Below, one piece after another: positions 10,790-24,621 of a DNA stretch of 64,000 nucleotides; within the stretch, counting starts at the first letter, position 1; each line of letters begins with the position of its first letter. Source of the stretch: Malacoraja senta (taxonomy: Eukaryota); contig CM075987.1 in the NCBI GenBank assembly GCA_038087875.1, positions 17,238,001 to 17,302,000 on the forward strand. The letters are read 5' to 3'. The notes beneath the pieces are model-generated. The model saw only the letters and a program-made list of their open reading frames with translations, was not told the origin of the DNA and made no database searches. A program made the translations under genes and the position numbers.

Positions 10790-13380
10790 TCAGACAGAGT
10801 GGATGGAGAGTGGGAATCCAAGCCGTCAACTCTGTGTGGCCTCAATGAGTATTTCTCCTCTGTTTTTTTACTGTAGAGAAAGACAGGAGGATGGAGGAAC
10901 TTGGGGCAGTCACTGGAGTGGAACACTGGAGTGCTTTCAGAGTAGTCAGTGTTACAGTCGAGGAAATCCTGATGCGTATGAAGGTAGACAAATCTCCTGG
11001 GTCTGAACAGATATATCCGAGGACACTGTGGGAAGCTAGAGGAGAATTTGCAGGAGCCATCACACAGATTTATGAGTCGTCCTTAAATACAGGAGAGGTG
11101 CCGGAAGACTGGAGGGTGGCAAATGTTGTGCCTCTATTCAGGGAAAATGCTGGCAACTGCAGGCCGGTGAACTTAACATCTGTAGTTGGAGTGCCAGAGA
11201 GTATTCTGAGGGATAGGATATACAGGCATTTAGATGGACAGGGGCTGATTAGGGATAGTCAGCATTGTTCTGTATGTGGGAGGTCGTGTCTCACGAATCT
11301 GATTGAGATTTTTGATGATGTGTCAAAAAGATTGATGAAGGTAGAGCTGTAGATAATAGACAATAGGTGCAGGAGTAGGCCATTCGACCCTTCGAGCCAG
11401 CACCGCCATTCATTGTGATCATGGCTGATCATCCACAATCAGTACCCCGTTCCTGCCTTCTCCCCATATCTCTTAATTCCGCTATCCCTAAGAGCTCTAT
11501 CTAACTCTCTCTTCAAAGCATCCAGAGAACCTGCCTCCACCACCCTCTGAGGCAGAGAATTCCACAGACTCACCACTCTCTGTGTGAAAAAGTGGTTTCC
11601 TCATCTCCGTTCTAAATGGCTTGCCCCTTATTCTTAAATTATGGCCCCTGGTTCAGGACTCCCCTAACATCGGGAAAATGTCTCCTGCCTCATGTTGTAC
11701 ATGTGGATTTCAGCAAGGCATTCGGCAAGGCTCTGCATAGTAGGGTGCTCTGGAAGGTTGTAGAGTCATATAGTGATACAGTGTGGAAACAGGCCCTTTA
11801 GCCCCACTTGCCCACACTAGCCAACAATGTCCCAGCTACACTAGTCATAGAGTGATACAGTGTGGAAACAGGCCCTTCAGCCCAACTTGCCCACACCAGC
11901 TAACATGTCCCAGCTACACTAGTCATAGTGATACAGTGTGGAAACAGGCCCTTCAGCCTAACTTGCCCACACCAGCCAACATGTCTCAGCTACACTAGTC
12001 CCACCTGCCTGCGTTTGGCCCATATCCCTCTAAACCTACCTCCTCTGGCAGCTTGTTCCATACACCCACCATCCTTTGAGTGAAAAGTTACCCATCAGAT
12101 TCCTATTAAATCTTTTCCCGTTCACCTTAAACCTCTGGTCCTCGATTCCCCTACTCTGGGCAGGAGACTCTGTGTGTCTACCCGATCTATTCCTCTCATG
12201 ATTGTGTACACCTCAATAAGATCATCCCTCATCCTCCAGCGCTCCAATTTCACCAGCATAGGGATTTGGGAGTGCAGGTACAGTTCCTTGAAAGTGGCGT
12301 CAAAAGGCTTTTGGCACATTAGCCTTCATCAGTCAGAGTATTGAGTATAGAAGTTGGGAGGTCATGTTGCAGTTGTATAAGACTTTGGTGAGGGCACAAT
12401 TTAGAGTATTGTGTTCAGTTCCGAGCACCAGGTTTTTGGAAAGATATTGTCAAGCTGGAAAGGGTGCAGAGAAGATTTACGATGTTGCCAGAACTAGAGG
12501 GCCTGAGCTACAGGGAGAGGTTGAGCAGGCCTTGGTGTGCTGGAGGATGAGGGATGATCTTATAGAGGAATACAAAATCATGAGAGGAATAGATTTTGTA
12601 GTCTCTTACCCAGAGTAGGCGAATCGAGGACATAAGTTTAAGGTGAGGGGGGAAAGATTGAATAGGAACCTGAGAGGTAACTTTTTGACACAGAAGGTGG
12701 TGGGTGTATGGAACGAACTGCCAGAGGAGGTAGCTGACACAAGTACTATTGTCATGATCAAGAAACATTTAGACAGGGACCTGGATACAATAGACAATAG
12801 GTGCAGGAGTAGGCCAAACATCAAAATTAGAGAGATATGGCCCAAATGCAGGCAGGTGCGATGTACAGATGGGACATGTTGGTTGGTGTGGGCACCCTGA
12901 ATAATCAACAATCAACTCTGCTTCAAAAATACCCAAAGACTTGGCAGCCTCCACTGTCGTTTGTGGCAATGACTACCACAGTTTCACCACCCTGGCTAAA
13001 GAAATTCCTCCTCATTTCTATTCTAAAGGTATGTCCGTTTAGTCTGAGGCTGTGGTCTCTGGTTCTAGACCCCCACTATCTCGTAGAGTAATACAGTGTG
13101 GAAGCAGGCGCTGGAATGGAGGATGAGAGATTATGTTTCCGATAGTGGGAGTCTAGAACCAGAGACCACAGCCTCAGGCTAAAAGGACATACCTTTAGAA
13201 TGGAAATGAGGAGTTTTTTTTGAAGCAGAGATTGATGGGTTCTTGACTATTCAGGGTGTCAAAGGTTATGGAGAGAAGGTGGGAGAATGGGATTGAGAGG
13301 GGAAAAATGGATTAGCCACGATGGAATGGCAGAGCAGACTCGGCGGGCCGCATGGCCTGATTCTTCTTGTACGTCATGAT
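10790..13380. mobile_element. Mosaic of nested CR1 fragments in both orientations
   Basis: ORF 10891-11352 (RT N-part), antisense 3' ends at 11352-11690 and 11765-12250, and sense 3' pieces at 12255-12900. Confidence 0.8.
11764..12000. repeat. Tandem triplication (~75-bp unit) of a CR1 3' UTR
   Basis: AGTCATA(GA)GTGATACAGTGTGGAAACAGGCCCTT...CAGCTACACT occurs three times. Confidence 0.85.
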
Positions 13381-13474
13381 CTTATGAATATAAGTACTGT
13401 ATCACACACTAGGTGTGTTGGTCAACTAATAGACAATGCAGCAAATACTTGGTAAAGTAGGAGATAATGCTCAC

Positions 13475-13590
13475 TGCATGCTTTTGAGATATTCCTCCTT
13501 GCTCTCCTTCTTCCCCTTTGGCCGGGGCTTGATGCTTTGCAGAGTGAGCGAGTGGGTCTGGGTACACCACTGGGAAAGGGTCACCATGAA
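13475..13590 (-). CDS. FBXO41: FBXO41 coding exon (FMVTLSQWCTQTHSLTLQSIKPRPKGKKESKEEYLKSM+CA)
   Basis: Acceptor gtgtttcag|T and donor ATGCA|gtgagc. 116 nt, phase 0 to 2. Matches FBXO41 QWCTQAHSLTLQNLKPRQRGKKESKEEY. Confidence 0.96.
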
Positions 13591-14589
13591 CTGAAACACA
13601 CAATATCCTGCCGTCAACACGATGGAAATACAAACACCTTTCACCAGTATACATGAAGAAAGGGTTGCAAGACTTACCCAGGCATACTCCAAATCAAGTA
13701 CTGAGAATATCCAAGTTAATAATAAATTCTAGTGTAACATATTTTATTAAGTAAAAGATTGGCTGGATTTTTTTGGGTTGTGAATAAACTGTAATAAGTT
13801 TTATAATTCGGTACTGTAGAGGAGCTGTGGTAATAGGAAGCCTGTATGCCAAGCTGTTCTGATAGTGCTTTCTGTTATGCCCAAGTAAAAGACCATTAAC
13901 AATAGTGGGAGAGGATGTGTTTCCTGGGGACTTGGTAGTTTCTGTAAACAGAAATCTTCTGGCTGCTACTGATATTGATACTTACATTGTTAAGACTGAA
14001 TTGCAAATGTTGGGCTTTTGACTAAGTTCCTGTTGTATCGAAGTTTGTGATCAACAGTTTGTGATCGATAGGACCATAGATGACAAGTATTGTTATATTA
14101 GTGCAAGTATACTTTGAATGGGTTCAGCCTGTGATGGGTGTGTGTTAAAGGTCATTGCTGCAACTCTGTATAAACATGTGACTACGTTTCCAAGATACTA
14201 TAAAATATGCTGTATGTCTTCATTCATTAGAGTGGTGGCTCAGGGAGAGCTAAGTGTCTGTTGCATACTTGACTCTGTATCCCTGACACTCTCACCGGCT
14301 GATGATCAGTAAAGCTTGTGTTGGTTTACCTAACCTATTGTGAATTGTCTGTCTTTAAGAAATGAACCTTAACAGTACAACTTTCAAACCCTTCCTTTGT
14401 CAGTTATTGCCAACTCCCATGGCTTGACCTTTCTTCATGGTATCTGAGGCAGTTCCTATTTCTCTGCAGCTTCACATATAACCTGTGACTGGCTTGTGGG
14501 CTTGGAGTGTAGATTGGATAGGCAGGGATTGTTTATGGAGCCTAGGAGACTGAGGGGTGACCTTATAGAGATGATGAGTCACAGAGTCG

Positions 14590-15320
14590 AGCCTATACTA
14601 TCCATGTACCTGTCTAAATGTTTCTTAAACATTGTGATAGTACCTGCTTCAACTACCACCTCTGGCAGCTCATTCCATACACCCACCATCCTCTGTGTAA
14701 AAAAAAAGGTGCCCCTCAGGTTCCTACTAAATCTTTCCCCCTCATCTTAATCTTATGGTTCTTGATTCCCGATCAATTCCTCTCATGATTTTGTATACCT
14801 CTATAAGATCACCTCTCATCCACCTGCACTCCAAGAAATAAAGTTCTAGCCTGCTCAAACTCTCCTTCTAGCTCAGGCCCTCTAGTCTTGGCAACATCCT
14901 TGTAAAATTTCTCTCCACTCTTTCCAACTTGACAACATCTTTTCTATAATATGGTGCCCAGAGCTGAACACAAAACTCTACGGGTGCCCTCGCCAATGTT
15001 GTGTACAACTGTAACATGACCTCCCAACTTCTACACTCAATATTCTGACTGATGAAGGTCAATGTGCCAAAAGCCTTTTTGCTCACACTATCTACCTGAA
15101 ACACCACTTTCAAGGAACTATGCACCTGCCAGATCCCTCTGTCAGAGCCCAACCATTCACCGTGTAGGTCTGCCTTGTTAGACTTCCCAAAATAAAACGC
15201 TTCATATTTCTCTGTATTATATTCCATCAACCATTCTTCTGGCCAACCGATCAAGATCCTGCAGAACTTTTTGATAACCATCTTCACCATCTACAATGTC
15301 ACCCATTTTAGTGTCAATGA
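14590..15320 (-). mobile_element. CR1 3' fragment
   Basis: ORF 14868-15290. Confidence 0.8.
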
Positions 15321-15859
15321 CGGCAATGAGAGGCATGAATAAGGTCAACTTACAAGCATATGCCCTAACCACTTTTACATTTGGACTAATACGTATATGG
15401 ATAGGAATGTTTTACACAGCTATTGACCAAATGGACCCTTATGCCAACATGGTCAGTATGGACAAGATGGGCTGAAGGGCCTGATTTCATGATGTAGTTT
15501 GGTGTAGAGATACAGACTGGAAACAGGCCCTTCACCCACCAAGTCGCCGCTGACCATTGATCACTCGTGCATTAGTTGTATGTTATCCCAGTTTTACATC
15601 CTGTACACTAGGGACAATCTGCAGAAGCCATAGAACCTACCAAGCTGTGCGGTCACCGAGTATTACTGATTATTCATTCATTGTATTATTGATTCGGGCA
15701 TTTGTGTTATTGCATTCATGGTCCTGTAGAACTGTAGCAAGCAAGAAATTAATTGTTCTCTTTCTGGTATATCTGATAATTAAAATCTTTGACTCTTAAC
15801 TCTCTTGACAATTTTGCTTTTTCCACAAATTCTGTATTATTCAAACTGAATGAAGAAAA

Positions 15860-16325
15860 GTCTTGCAGCAAATTGTGGATGCAGCCCAGACCATCACACA
15901 CACCAACCTATTGACTCCATTTATACCTCACACTACCTCGGCAAGGCCAGCAGCATAATCAAGGACAAGTCACACCCTGGCCACTCCCTCTTCTCCCCGC
16001 TCCTATCGGGCAAAAGGAATAGAAATGTGAAAACGCACACCTCCAGATTCAGGGACAGTTTCTTCCCAGCTGATATCAGGCAACTGAATCATCCTACCAC
16101 AACCAGAGAGCAGTCCTGAACTACTATCTACCTCATTGGTGACCCTCGGTCTATCCTTGATTGGACTTTGCAGGCTTTACCTTGCGCTAAACGTTATTTC
16201 CATATCAAGTATCTATACACTGTAAATAGCTTGGTTGTAATCATGTATTGTCTTTCCGCTGACTGGACAGCAAGCAACAAAAGCTTTTCACTCTACCTCG
16301 GTACACGTGACAATAAACTCAACTG
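15860..16325 (+). mobile_element. Rex1/Babar-clade LINE 3' fragment
   Basis: Peptide SIIKDKSHPGHSLFSPLLSGKR...TSRFRDSFFP, and a 3' UTR ending GACAATAAACTCAACT. Confidence 0.82.
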
Positions 16326-16326
16326 A

Positions 16327-17165
16327 GGCTGAAATGTGTGGAGTACTTCTAGCTGAGCTAATTCCCGCTCAGCCGGAAGTACTCGTTGGACCCTCACCCC
16401 GGAATTCTTCTCGGGAGCCGTTCCCACACAACCTGAGCTGCCTTTCCTCCACACCTTTCATCTCCCTCCGAGACGCAGGGAGGCTCTCCTGTACAGGCTC
16501 CTCCTCCACACCCTGCACTTCCATCGCCCTGGTCCACCTGCCCTGAAACAAAATGGCGGTAGGAGTTCTCTTTTGGCCACGATTGCCCCCCCCCCCCCCA
16601 GTGGGGGTCTCTCTACGCAGGGCTTCTCCCCCTCTACATCGAGGACCTAGGTTGGAAGGTACTGCACTGAGGAGTCCCATGGAGCCAATTTGTGAGCAGG
16701 TTTAGACTGGCCAGCCCCCACCTGCCACTTCTGTGGGCTGGAAGAGTCTGTGTTCCACGTCTACATGGAGTGAGTGAGGTTGCAGCCCCTGTTTGAATAT
16801 TTGAAGGGGCTGCTCCTTCCGCTCCGACTCCACTTCAGTCCCACCAGCCTCACCGTTGGCCACCCAAAGCACAGGAGAGTGGGTAGAACAGAAGATGTTC
16901 TGCTTGATTTGCTCCTGCTCGAGCTGGCCAAGCTGGCCAGGCGGAAGCCCACTGCGTACCCCTTTTGCGGGGTTACAGCCGTGTCCGGGTGTCCGTTGAG
17001 AAAGGACACGTGCTGTCCACGGGCACTGCGGGGATCAACTCTATCCTGGATCAGGATTGTAACATCCTCAGTTGATATTTAGTCAGAAGAATATTTGGTG
17101 ATTTTGTGTGATGGTGGTGGGTGTTGATATCGTTTGTTTTGTAATTTAGTTTTGATGATAAAACC
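16327..17165 (+). mobile_element. Tx1-clade (L1 superfamily) ORF2 C-terminal remnant
   Basis: Degenerate translation WGSLYAGLLPLYIEDLGWKVLH*...CHFCGLEESVFHVYME*VRLQPLFEYLKGLL (Tx1-type CCHC domain). Ends about 45 bp from the F-box exon donor. Confidence 0.8.
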
Positions 17166-17211
17166 CACGTATCGAGGACGTACGCAGGATACAAGTTGAC
17201 ACGTGTCATAC

Positions 17212-17453
17212 CTTAGAGGACACTCTGGCATTCTCCAACAGAACTCGGGTCCAGACGGCCGGATGTCTGGCCACGTACTTCCAATCCCGACACACCTCAG
17301 CCGTTTGCAACAACGTCTTCGTGTCCAGGTAGGTAAAGATACAGAAGAGTGCGGCTCGCATCTTCAACACCTCAGGACTAATGACTTCGTTGGACAGTGA
17401 GGGGCTGCCTTTATGATGCTTGGCCGTTTTGTAACTAACTGCTTTGGCATTAC
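17212..17453 (-). CDS. FBXO41: FBXO41 F-box exon (SNEVISPEVLKMRAALFCIFTYLDTKTLLQTAEVCRDWKYVARHPAVWTRVLLENARVSSK)
   Basis: Acceptor tttgtccgtag|GT and donor AAG|gtatga. 242 nt, phase 1 to 0. F-box motif IFxYL...VCRxW...P..W. Confidence 0.97.
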
Positions 17454-17959
17454 CTACGGACAAATCAAAGAATACTAATCATAGATACGTCAATAACTTT
17501 CAAAGTTCATAGAAATTAAGTCAATCTATCAAGCAATGTCATAGACAATAGACAATAGGTGCAGGAGTCTGCCCTTCGAGCCAGCACCGCCATTTAATGT
17601 GATCATAGCTGATCATCCCCAATCAGTACCCCGTTCCTGCCTTCTCCCCATATCCCCTGACCCCGCTATCTTTAAGAGCCCGATCTAGCTCTCTCTTGAA
17701 AGCATCCAGAGAACCTGCCTCCACCACCCTCTGAGGCAATAATCCCTTCTAATTTAGCAGCATCATTTCAGTTCAGCTCAGTTTAGATTATTGTCACGTG
17801 TACCAAGGTAGAGCGATAAGTTTAGGGAAGGAAATTGTATACATTGAAGATAGAAAAGTACAGCACAGGAAGAGACCATTCAGCCCACTATGTCAAGACT
17901 ATCTCATCTCCCTGCACATAATCCATATCCCTCCTTTCCCTGCCTTCTTAACGTTTTAA

Positions 17960-20900
17960 CACTGAGCGGCAGACTGGCTTGCGATGCGAATAGGGCTGTT
18001 GAGCCAAAAACAAAAAGGCCAAATTCAGGCAACGCCATTGTAGTGGGAGACTCCATTGTGAGAGGTACGGACAGGGGTTTCTGCGGCAACAGATGGGATT
18101 CGAGGATGGTGTGCTGCCTTCCTGGTGCCAGGATCCAGGATGTCACGGACAGAGTGCAGAAAATCCTCAAGGGCGAAGGTGAACAGCCGGAAGTGGTAGT
18201 GCATGTCGGCACAAACGATGTCGGAAAAAAGGGGACGAATATTCTGCAGCGTGACTTTAGAGAGCTCGGAAAAATGCTGAAAAGCAGGACCTCCAGGGTT
18301 GTTATCTCCAGTTTGCTTCCAGTTCCTCGTGCTGGCGAGAGCAGGAACAGGGAGATACGGGACCTGAATGTGTAGCTGAGGAACTGGTGCATGGGGCAGG
18401 GATTTAGATTCTTAGATCACTGGGATCTGTTTTGGAGTAAAAGGGAACTGTACAAAAGGGACGGATTGCATCTTAACAGGTGGGGGACCAGCATTCTGAC
18501 AGGCAGGTTTGCCACTGCTACACGGGTGGTTTTAAACTGAATAAGGGGGATGGGGTGTCGAATGGGATAGTTGAGGATGGAGTTAAAGGGAAAGGGTTTC
18601 TTAAATGTGTGAGCGTAGAGACAGAGGGGTGTAAAATGAGGGTAGAAGCAATAGGTAGCAAGGTGAAAAGTAAAAGTGGCTGCCAGACAAATCCAGGGCA
18701 AAAATCAAAAAGGGCCACTTTTCAACATAATTGTATAAGGGGTAAGAGTGTTGTAAAAACAAGCCTGAAGGCTTTGTGTCTCAATGCAAGGATCATTCGT
18801 AATAAGGTGGATGAGTTGAATGTGCAGATAGCTATTAATGACTATGATATAGTTGGGAGCACGGAGACATGGCTCCAGGGTAACCAAGGCTGGGAGCTGA
18901 ACATCCAGGGATATTCAATATTAAGGAGGGATAGACAGAAAGGGAAAGGAGGTGGGGTAGCGTTGCTGGTTAGAGAGCAGATTAACGCAATAGAAAGGAA
19001 GGACATTAGCTTGGAGGATGTGGAATCGATATGGGTAGAGCTGCGAAACACTAAGGGGCAGAAAACGCTAGTGGGAGTTGTGTACAGGCCACCTAACAGT
19101 AGTAGTGGAGTTGGGGATGGCATCAAACAGGAAATTAGAAATGCGTGCAACAAAGGCAAAACAGTTATAATGGGTGACTTCAATCTATATAAAAGAGAAA
19201 ATAGATTATGAAAGAAAACTGGCAGGGAACATAAAAACTGACTGCAAAAGCTTTTATAGATATGTGAAGAGAAAAAGATTAGTTAAAACAAAGGTAGGTC
19301 CCTTGCAGTCAGAAACAGGTGAATAGATCATGGGGAACAAGGACATGGCAGACCAATTGAATAACTACTTTGGTTCTGTCTTCACTAAGGAAGACATAAA
19401 TAATCTGCCGGAAATAGCAGGGGACCGGGAGTCAAATGAGATGGAGGAACTGAATGAAATCCAGGTTAGCCGGGAAGTGGTGTTAGGTAATTTGAATGGA
19501 TTAAAGGCCGATAAATCCCCAGGGCCAGATAGGCTGCATCCCAGAGTACTTAAGGAAGTAGCCCCAGAAATAGTGGATGCATTAGTGATAATTTATCAAA
19601 ACTCTTTAGATTCTGGAGTAGTTCCTGAGGATTGGAGGGTAGCTAACGTAACCCCACTTTTTAAAGTGGGAGGCAGAGAGAAAACGGGGAATTACAGACC
19701 CGTTAGTCTAACGTCGGTAGTGGGGAAACTGCTAGAGTCAGTTACTAAAGATGAGATAGCAGCACATTTGGAAAGTGGTGAAATCATTGGACAAAGTCAG
19801 CATGGATTTACGAAAGGTAAATCGTGTCTGACGAATCTTATAGAATTTTTTGAGGATGTAACTAGTAGAGTGGATAGGGGAGAACCAGTGGATGTGTTAT
19901 ATCTGGACTTTCAGAAGGCTTTCGACAAGGTCCAACATAAGAGATTAGTATACAAACTTAAAGCACACGGTATTGGGGGTTCAGTATTGATGTGGATAGA
20001 GAACTGGCTGGCAGACAGGAAGCAAAGAGTAGGAGTAAACGGGTCCTTTTCACAATGGCAGGCAGTGACTAGTGGGGTACCGCAAGGCTCAGTGCTGGGA
20101 CCCCAGCTATTTACGATATATATTAATGATTTGGACGAGGGAATTGAATGCAACATCTCCAAGTTTGCGGATGACACGAAGCTGGGGGGCAGTGTTAGCT
20201 GTGAGCAGGATGCTCGGAGGCTGCACGGTGACTTGGATAGGCTGGGTGAGTGGGCAAATGCATGGCAGATGCAGTATAATGTGGATAAATGTGAGGTTAT
20301 CCACTTTGGTGGCAAAAACAGGAAAGTAGACTATTATATGAATGGTGGCCGATTAGGAAAAGGGGAGATGCAACGAGACCTGGGTGTCATGGTACACCAG
20401 TCATTAAAAGTAGGCATGCAGGTGCAGCAGGCAGTGAAGAAGGCGAATGGTATGTCAGCATTCATAGCAAAAGGATTTGAGGATAGGAGCAGGGAGGTTC
20501 TACTGCAGTTGTACAGGGTCTTGGTGAGACCACACCTGGAGTATTGCTTACAGTTTTGGTCTCCTAATCTGAGGAAAGACATTCTTGCCATAGAGGGAGT
20601 ACAGAGAAGGTTCACTAGACTGATTCCTGGGATGTCAGGACTTTCATATGAAGAAAGACTGGATAGACTCTGTTTGTACTCGCTAGAATTTAGAAGATTG
20701 AGGGGGGATCTTATAGAAACGTACAAAATTCTTAAGGGGTTGGACAGGCTAGATGCAGGAAGATTGTTCCCGATAACCATATAACCATATAACCATTACA
20801 GCACGGAAACAGGCCATCTCGGCCCTTCAAGTCCGTGCCGAACATTTTAAATTTTTTTTTAATTTTTTCTTTTAAAAAAATTAAATAAATACTTCCCCCT

Positions 20901-22230
20901 AGTCCCATCTACCTGCACTCAGACCATAACCCTCCATTCCTTTCCCGTCCATATACCCATCCAATCTATTTTTAAAGGATAAAATCGAACCTGCCACCAC
21001 CACTTCCACTGGAAGCTCATTCCACACAGCTACCACTCTAAGTAAAGAAGTTCCCCCTAATGTTACCCCTAAACTTCTGTCCCTTAATTCTCAAGTCATG
21101 TCCCCTTGTTTGAATCTTCCCTACTCTCAATGGAAAAAGCTTATCCACGTCAACACTGTCTAACCCGCTCATAATTTTAAAGACCTCTATCAAGTCCCCT
21201 CTTAACCTTCTGCGCTCCAAAGAATAAAGACCTAACTTGTTCAACCTTTCTCTGTAACTTAGTTGATGAAACCCAGGCAACATTCTAGTAAATCTCCTCT
21301 GTACTCTTATCTATTTTGTTGACATCCTTCCTATAATTAGGCGACCAAAATTGTACTCCATACTCCAGAATTGGCCTCACCAATGCCTTGTACAATTTTA
21401 ACATTACATCCCAACTTCTATATTCAATGCTCTGATTTATAAAGGCCAGCACACCAAAAGCTTTCTTTACCACCCTATCTACATGAGATTCCACCTTCAG
21501 GGAACTATGTACAGTTATTCCTAGATCCCTCTGTTCAACTGCATTCCTCAATTCTCTACCATTTACCATGTACGTCTTATTTTGATTTGTCCTGCCGAGA
21601 TGTAGTACCTCACATTTATCAGCATTAAACTCCATCTGCCATCTTTCAGCCCACTCTTCCAAATGGCCTAAATCTCTCTGTAGACTTTGAAAATCTACTT
21701 CATTATCCACCGCACCACCTATCTTAGTATCATCTGCATACTTACTAATCCAATTTTCCACACCATCATCCAGATCATTGATGTACATGACAAACAACAG
21801 TGGACCCAACACAGACTCCTGAGGCACCCCACTAGTCACCGGCCTCCAACCTGACAAACAGCCATCCACCATTGCTCTCTGGCATCTCCCATTCAGCCAC
21901 TGTTGAATCCATCTTGCTACTCCACCATTGTTGGGGAAGTCCAGAACAAGGGGTCACAGTTTAAGGATAAGGGGGAAATCTTTTAGGACCGAGATGAGAC
22001 AGAGAGTGGTGAATCTCTGGAATTCTCTGCCACAGAAGGTAGTTGAGGCCAGTTCATTGGCTATATTTAAGAGGGAGTTAGATGTGGCCCTTGTGGCTAA
22101 AGGGATCAGGGGGTATGGAGAGAAAGCAGGTACAGGATATTGAGTTGGATGATCAGCCATGATCATATTGAATGGCGGTGCAGGCTCGAAGGGCCGAATG
22201 GCCTACTCCTGCACCTATTTTCTATGTTTC
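17960..22230 (+). mobile_element. CR1 with partial ORF1, internally deleted ORF2 and a nested antisense CR1 insert
   Basis: Esterase ORF1 remnant at 17960-18540, endonuclease from ~18775, a deletion at ~19190, RT ORF at 19330-20784, and the 3' end resuming at 21928. Confidence 0.92.
20774..21927 (-). mobile_element. Nested CR1 3' fragment of a different subfamily with an (ATATGGTT)n tail
   Basis: RT C-terminal ORF at 21285-21872 with YADD. Interrupts the host at TTCCCGAT|GTTGGGG. Confidence 0.9.
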
Positions 22231-22712
22231 TTCTGCTTGTCGAGTCCACACATAAGATTAGAAGTTGTTCATACAGAGCTGAATACACTTCTCGGCATCT
22301 GCATACAATGGTGTCTGTCTTGTCGCTTCTTGTGCGTGGTGGTGGAAACAGGGCCGTGACGTGAACGCTCTTTCCTTGACCCCCTTTCCCTGCCTATTCA
22401 GAAGCATGTTAAATGGCACTATCATATCAGTGGGTCAGGCAGCATCTGTGAAGGGAATAGACAGACGATGAATGATCAGACTGAAGTACTGTCCCAATCT
22501 GAAACATCATCTTCTACTTCCTCCACAGAAGCTGCCTGACCAGCTGAGTTCCTCCAGTGCTTTGTTTTCCTCTAAATATGTCAGCATCCCTTCCCCCCTA
22601 AAGGAATGCAATACTGAATACTGTCCAAGAGCAGGAGCATCCCGGCGAGCCACAGCCATATCCCATATCTGGGCTTGCTTGGCTGGCACTGACCCGGAAT
22701 ACCCGCTGGGTC

Positions 22713-23605
22713 ACGCGGTGGGACACAGACAGACACGGTGGGACACAGACAGACACGGTGGGACACAGACAGACACGGTGGGACACAGACAGACACGGTG
22801 GGACACACAGCTAGACGCAGAGAGACACGGTGGGACACAGACAGACACGATGACACAGACAGACACGGTGGGCCATGCAGTGGGACACAGACAGACATGG
22901 TGGGACAGACACGGTGGGACACAGACAGACACGGTGGGACACAGACAGACACGGTGGGACAGACAGACACAGTGACACAGACAGACACGGTGGGACACAG
23001 ACAGTCACGATGACACAGACAGACACGATGACACAGACAGACACGATGACACAGACAGACACGGTGACACAGACAGACACGGTGGGACACAGACACGATG
23101 ACAGACAGACACGATGACACAGACAGACACGGTGACACAGACACGGTGGGACACAGACAGACACGGTGACACAGACAGACACGGTGACACAGACAGACAC
23201 GGTGACACAGACAGACACGGTGACACAGACAGACACGGTGACACAGACAGACACGGTGGGACACAGACAGTCACGGTGACACAGACAGACACGGTGAGAC
23301 AGACAGACACGGTGAGACAGACAGACGCGGTGGGACACAGACAGTCACGGTGAGACAGACAGTCACAGTGAGACAGACAGTCACGGTGAGACAGACAGAC
23401 ACGGTGGGACACAGACAGACACGGTGGGACACAGACAGACACGGTGGGACACACAGCTAGACGCAGAGACATGGTGGGACACAGACAGTCACGGTGAGAC
23501 AGAGACACGGTGGGACACAGACAGACACGGTGGGACATGGACAGACGCGGTGGGCCATGCGGCTAGACTCAGACAGACAGGGTGGGACACAGACAGACGC
23601 GGTGG
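22713..23605. repeat. Minisatellite (GACACAGACAGACACGGT[GG], 18-20 bp units)
   Basis: About 45 visible tandem units with variant blocks. Confidence 0.95.
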
Positions 23606-24012
23606 GCCTGGGCCTGTGGAGGGGAAGCCCCCGAGCCTGACCCCTATTTGACCCTGTAGACTGGAGTACGGAAGTGGAGGGAGCTGGTGATGACGCTCGT
23701 GAGGAACACGTTGGGAGGAGAGGGAGCTGGGCTCTTACGCCCGTGCCCTCAAGGTTGGCTGCGGGAGGCACCCCCCCTCCCCCCCCCCCCCCCCCGGAGG
23801 CACAACGATGGTCACTGAACGATCCGGGGGCTCGCTCTTTAACACCAAGTGCCTGGGCTTGGAAATGGCCCCAAATCTGGAGATTGGAACAGAAGCTGGC
23901 TGTGTCTTGCACATGTGGCAATGAAGCCCGATTGAATGACTGACTCACTCAACATGGAGAGCAGTGATCAAAGACGGTGGATCATTACCTTTCCAAGGAC
24001 ACTGAACACTAA

Positions 24013-24214
24013 TGGGCCTGTCCCACTTAGGCCAGTTTTTGAGCGACTACAGGCGACTGCCACAAAATTCTCAACATGTTGAAAAATGTTCGGTGACAGT
24101 GACAACTTTTGCTGTCATAGGCTGTCGTAGGTTGTCGCCAGGTGTCATAGGGGAATTCCATTAAAATTAGTCAGTGGCAGTCACCTAAAGAGTGGCCTAA
24201 GTGGGACAGGCCCA
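24013..24214. mobile_element. PIF/Harbinger-type MITE
   Basis: TIRs TGGGCCTGTCCCACTTAGGCCA / TGGCCTAAGTGGGACAGGCCCA, with TAA on both flanks. Confidence 0.9.
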
Positions 24215-24259
24215 TAAGTGGTGGCCACACACCAGCGATGAGTGAGGTGCAACACTTAC

Positions 24260-24621
24260 TTGTACTGAGGCGATACGCCCTGCCACAGTTGGATCCAAAC
24301 TTGTGTGGCTCGCTTGAACATTTACTCTCTTGCTCCCACACATCCACCTCGGATTCAGTTGTCCTGGATCCTGCATCAGACACATCCCCTTCTTCTCCCT
24401 CAGTGCTGTTGCGATACGGCCTGCGATGCCAGTTTTCCACCGCCTGCCTGCGTAGCACTGAGTTGCGTGACATGGGGTCCCTGCTGCACTTGCTCTCTGC
24501 ATTACGCATCTGTTTGTATTGATAGTTGTGCTCTGGACTCTGCTCCAGGCACTGCACGTCAACAGATGGCATGAAGCTGTCACTGTCGTAGCATCGTGAC
24601 GCGTGGCCAGGGGGCTTGGGT
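24260..24621 (-). CDS. FBXO41: FBXO41 coding exon (RPKPPGHASRCYDSDS...LRRQAVENWHRRPYRNSTEGEEGDVSDAGSRTTESE...RLST)
   Basis: Acceptor gttgtgtctag|A and donor ACAA|gtaagt. 362 nt, phase 2 to 1. Contains the FBXO41 motifs CYDSDS and STEGEEGDVSDxGSRTTESE. Confidence 0.95.

Noticed and set aside
11764..12000. CRISPR-like regularly spaced repeats
   Set aside because: The whole unit is repeated with no unique spacers. It is a tandemly duplicated CR1 3' end in a vertebrate genome.
16369..17009. Minus-strand ORFs next to the F-box exon as extra FBXO41 exons
   Set aside because: They are antisense to a Tx1 LINE remnant, and the flanking exons already join in phase.
22472..23651. Many repetitive ORFs (HRVCLC, TQTDT...)
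   Set aside because: Artefacts of the 18-20 bp minisatellite, open in several frames.
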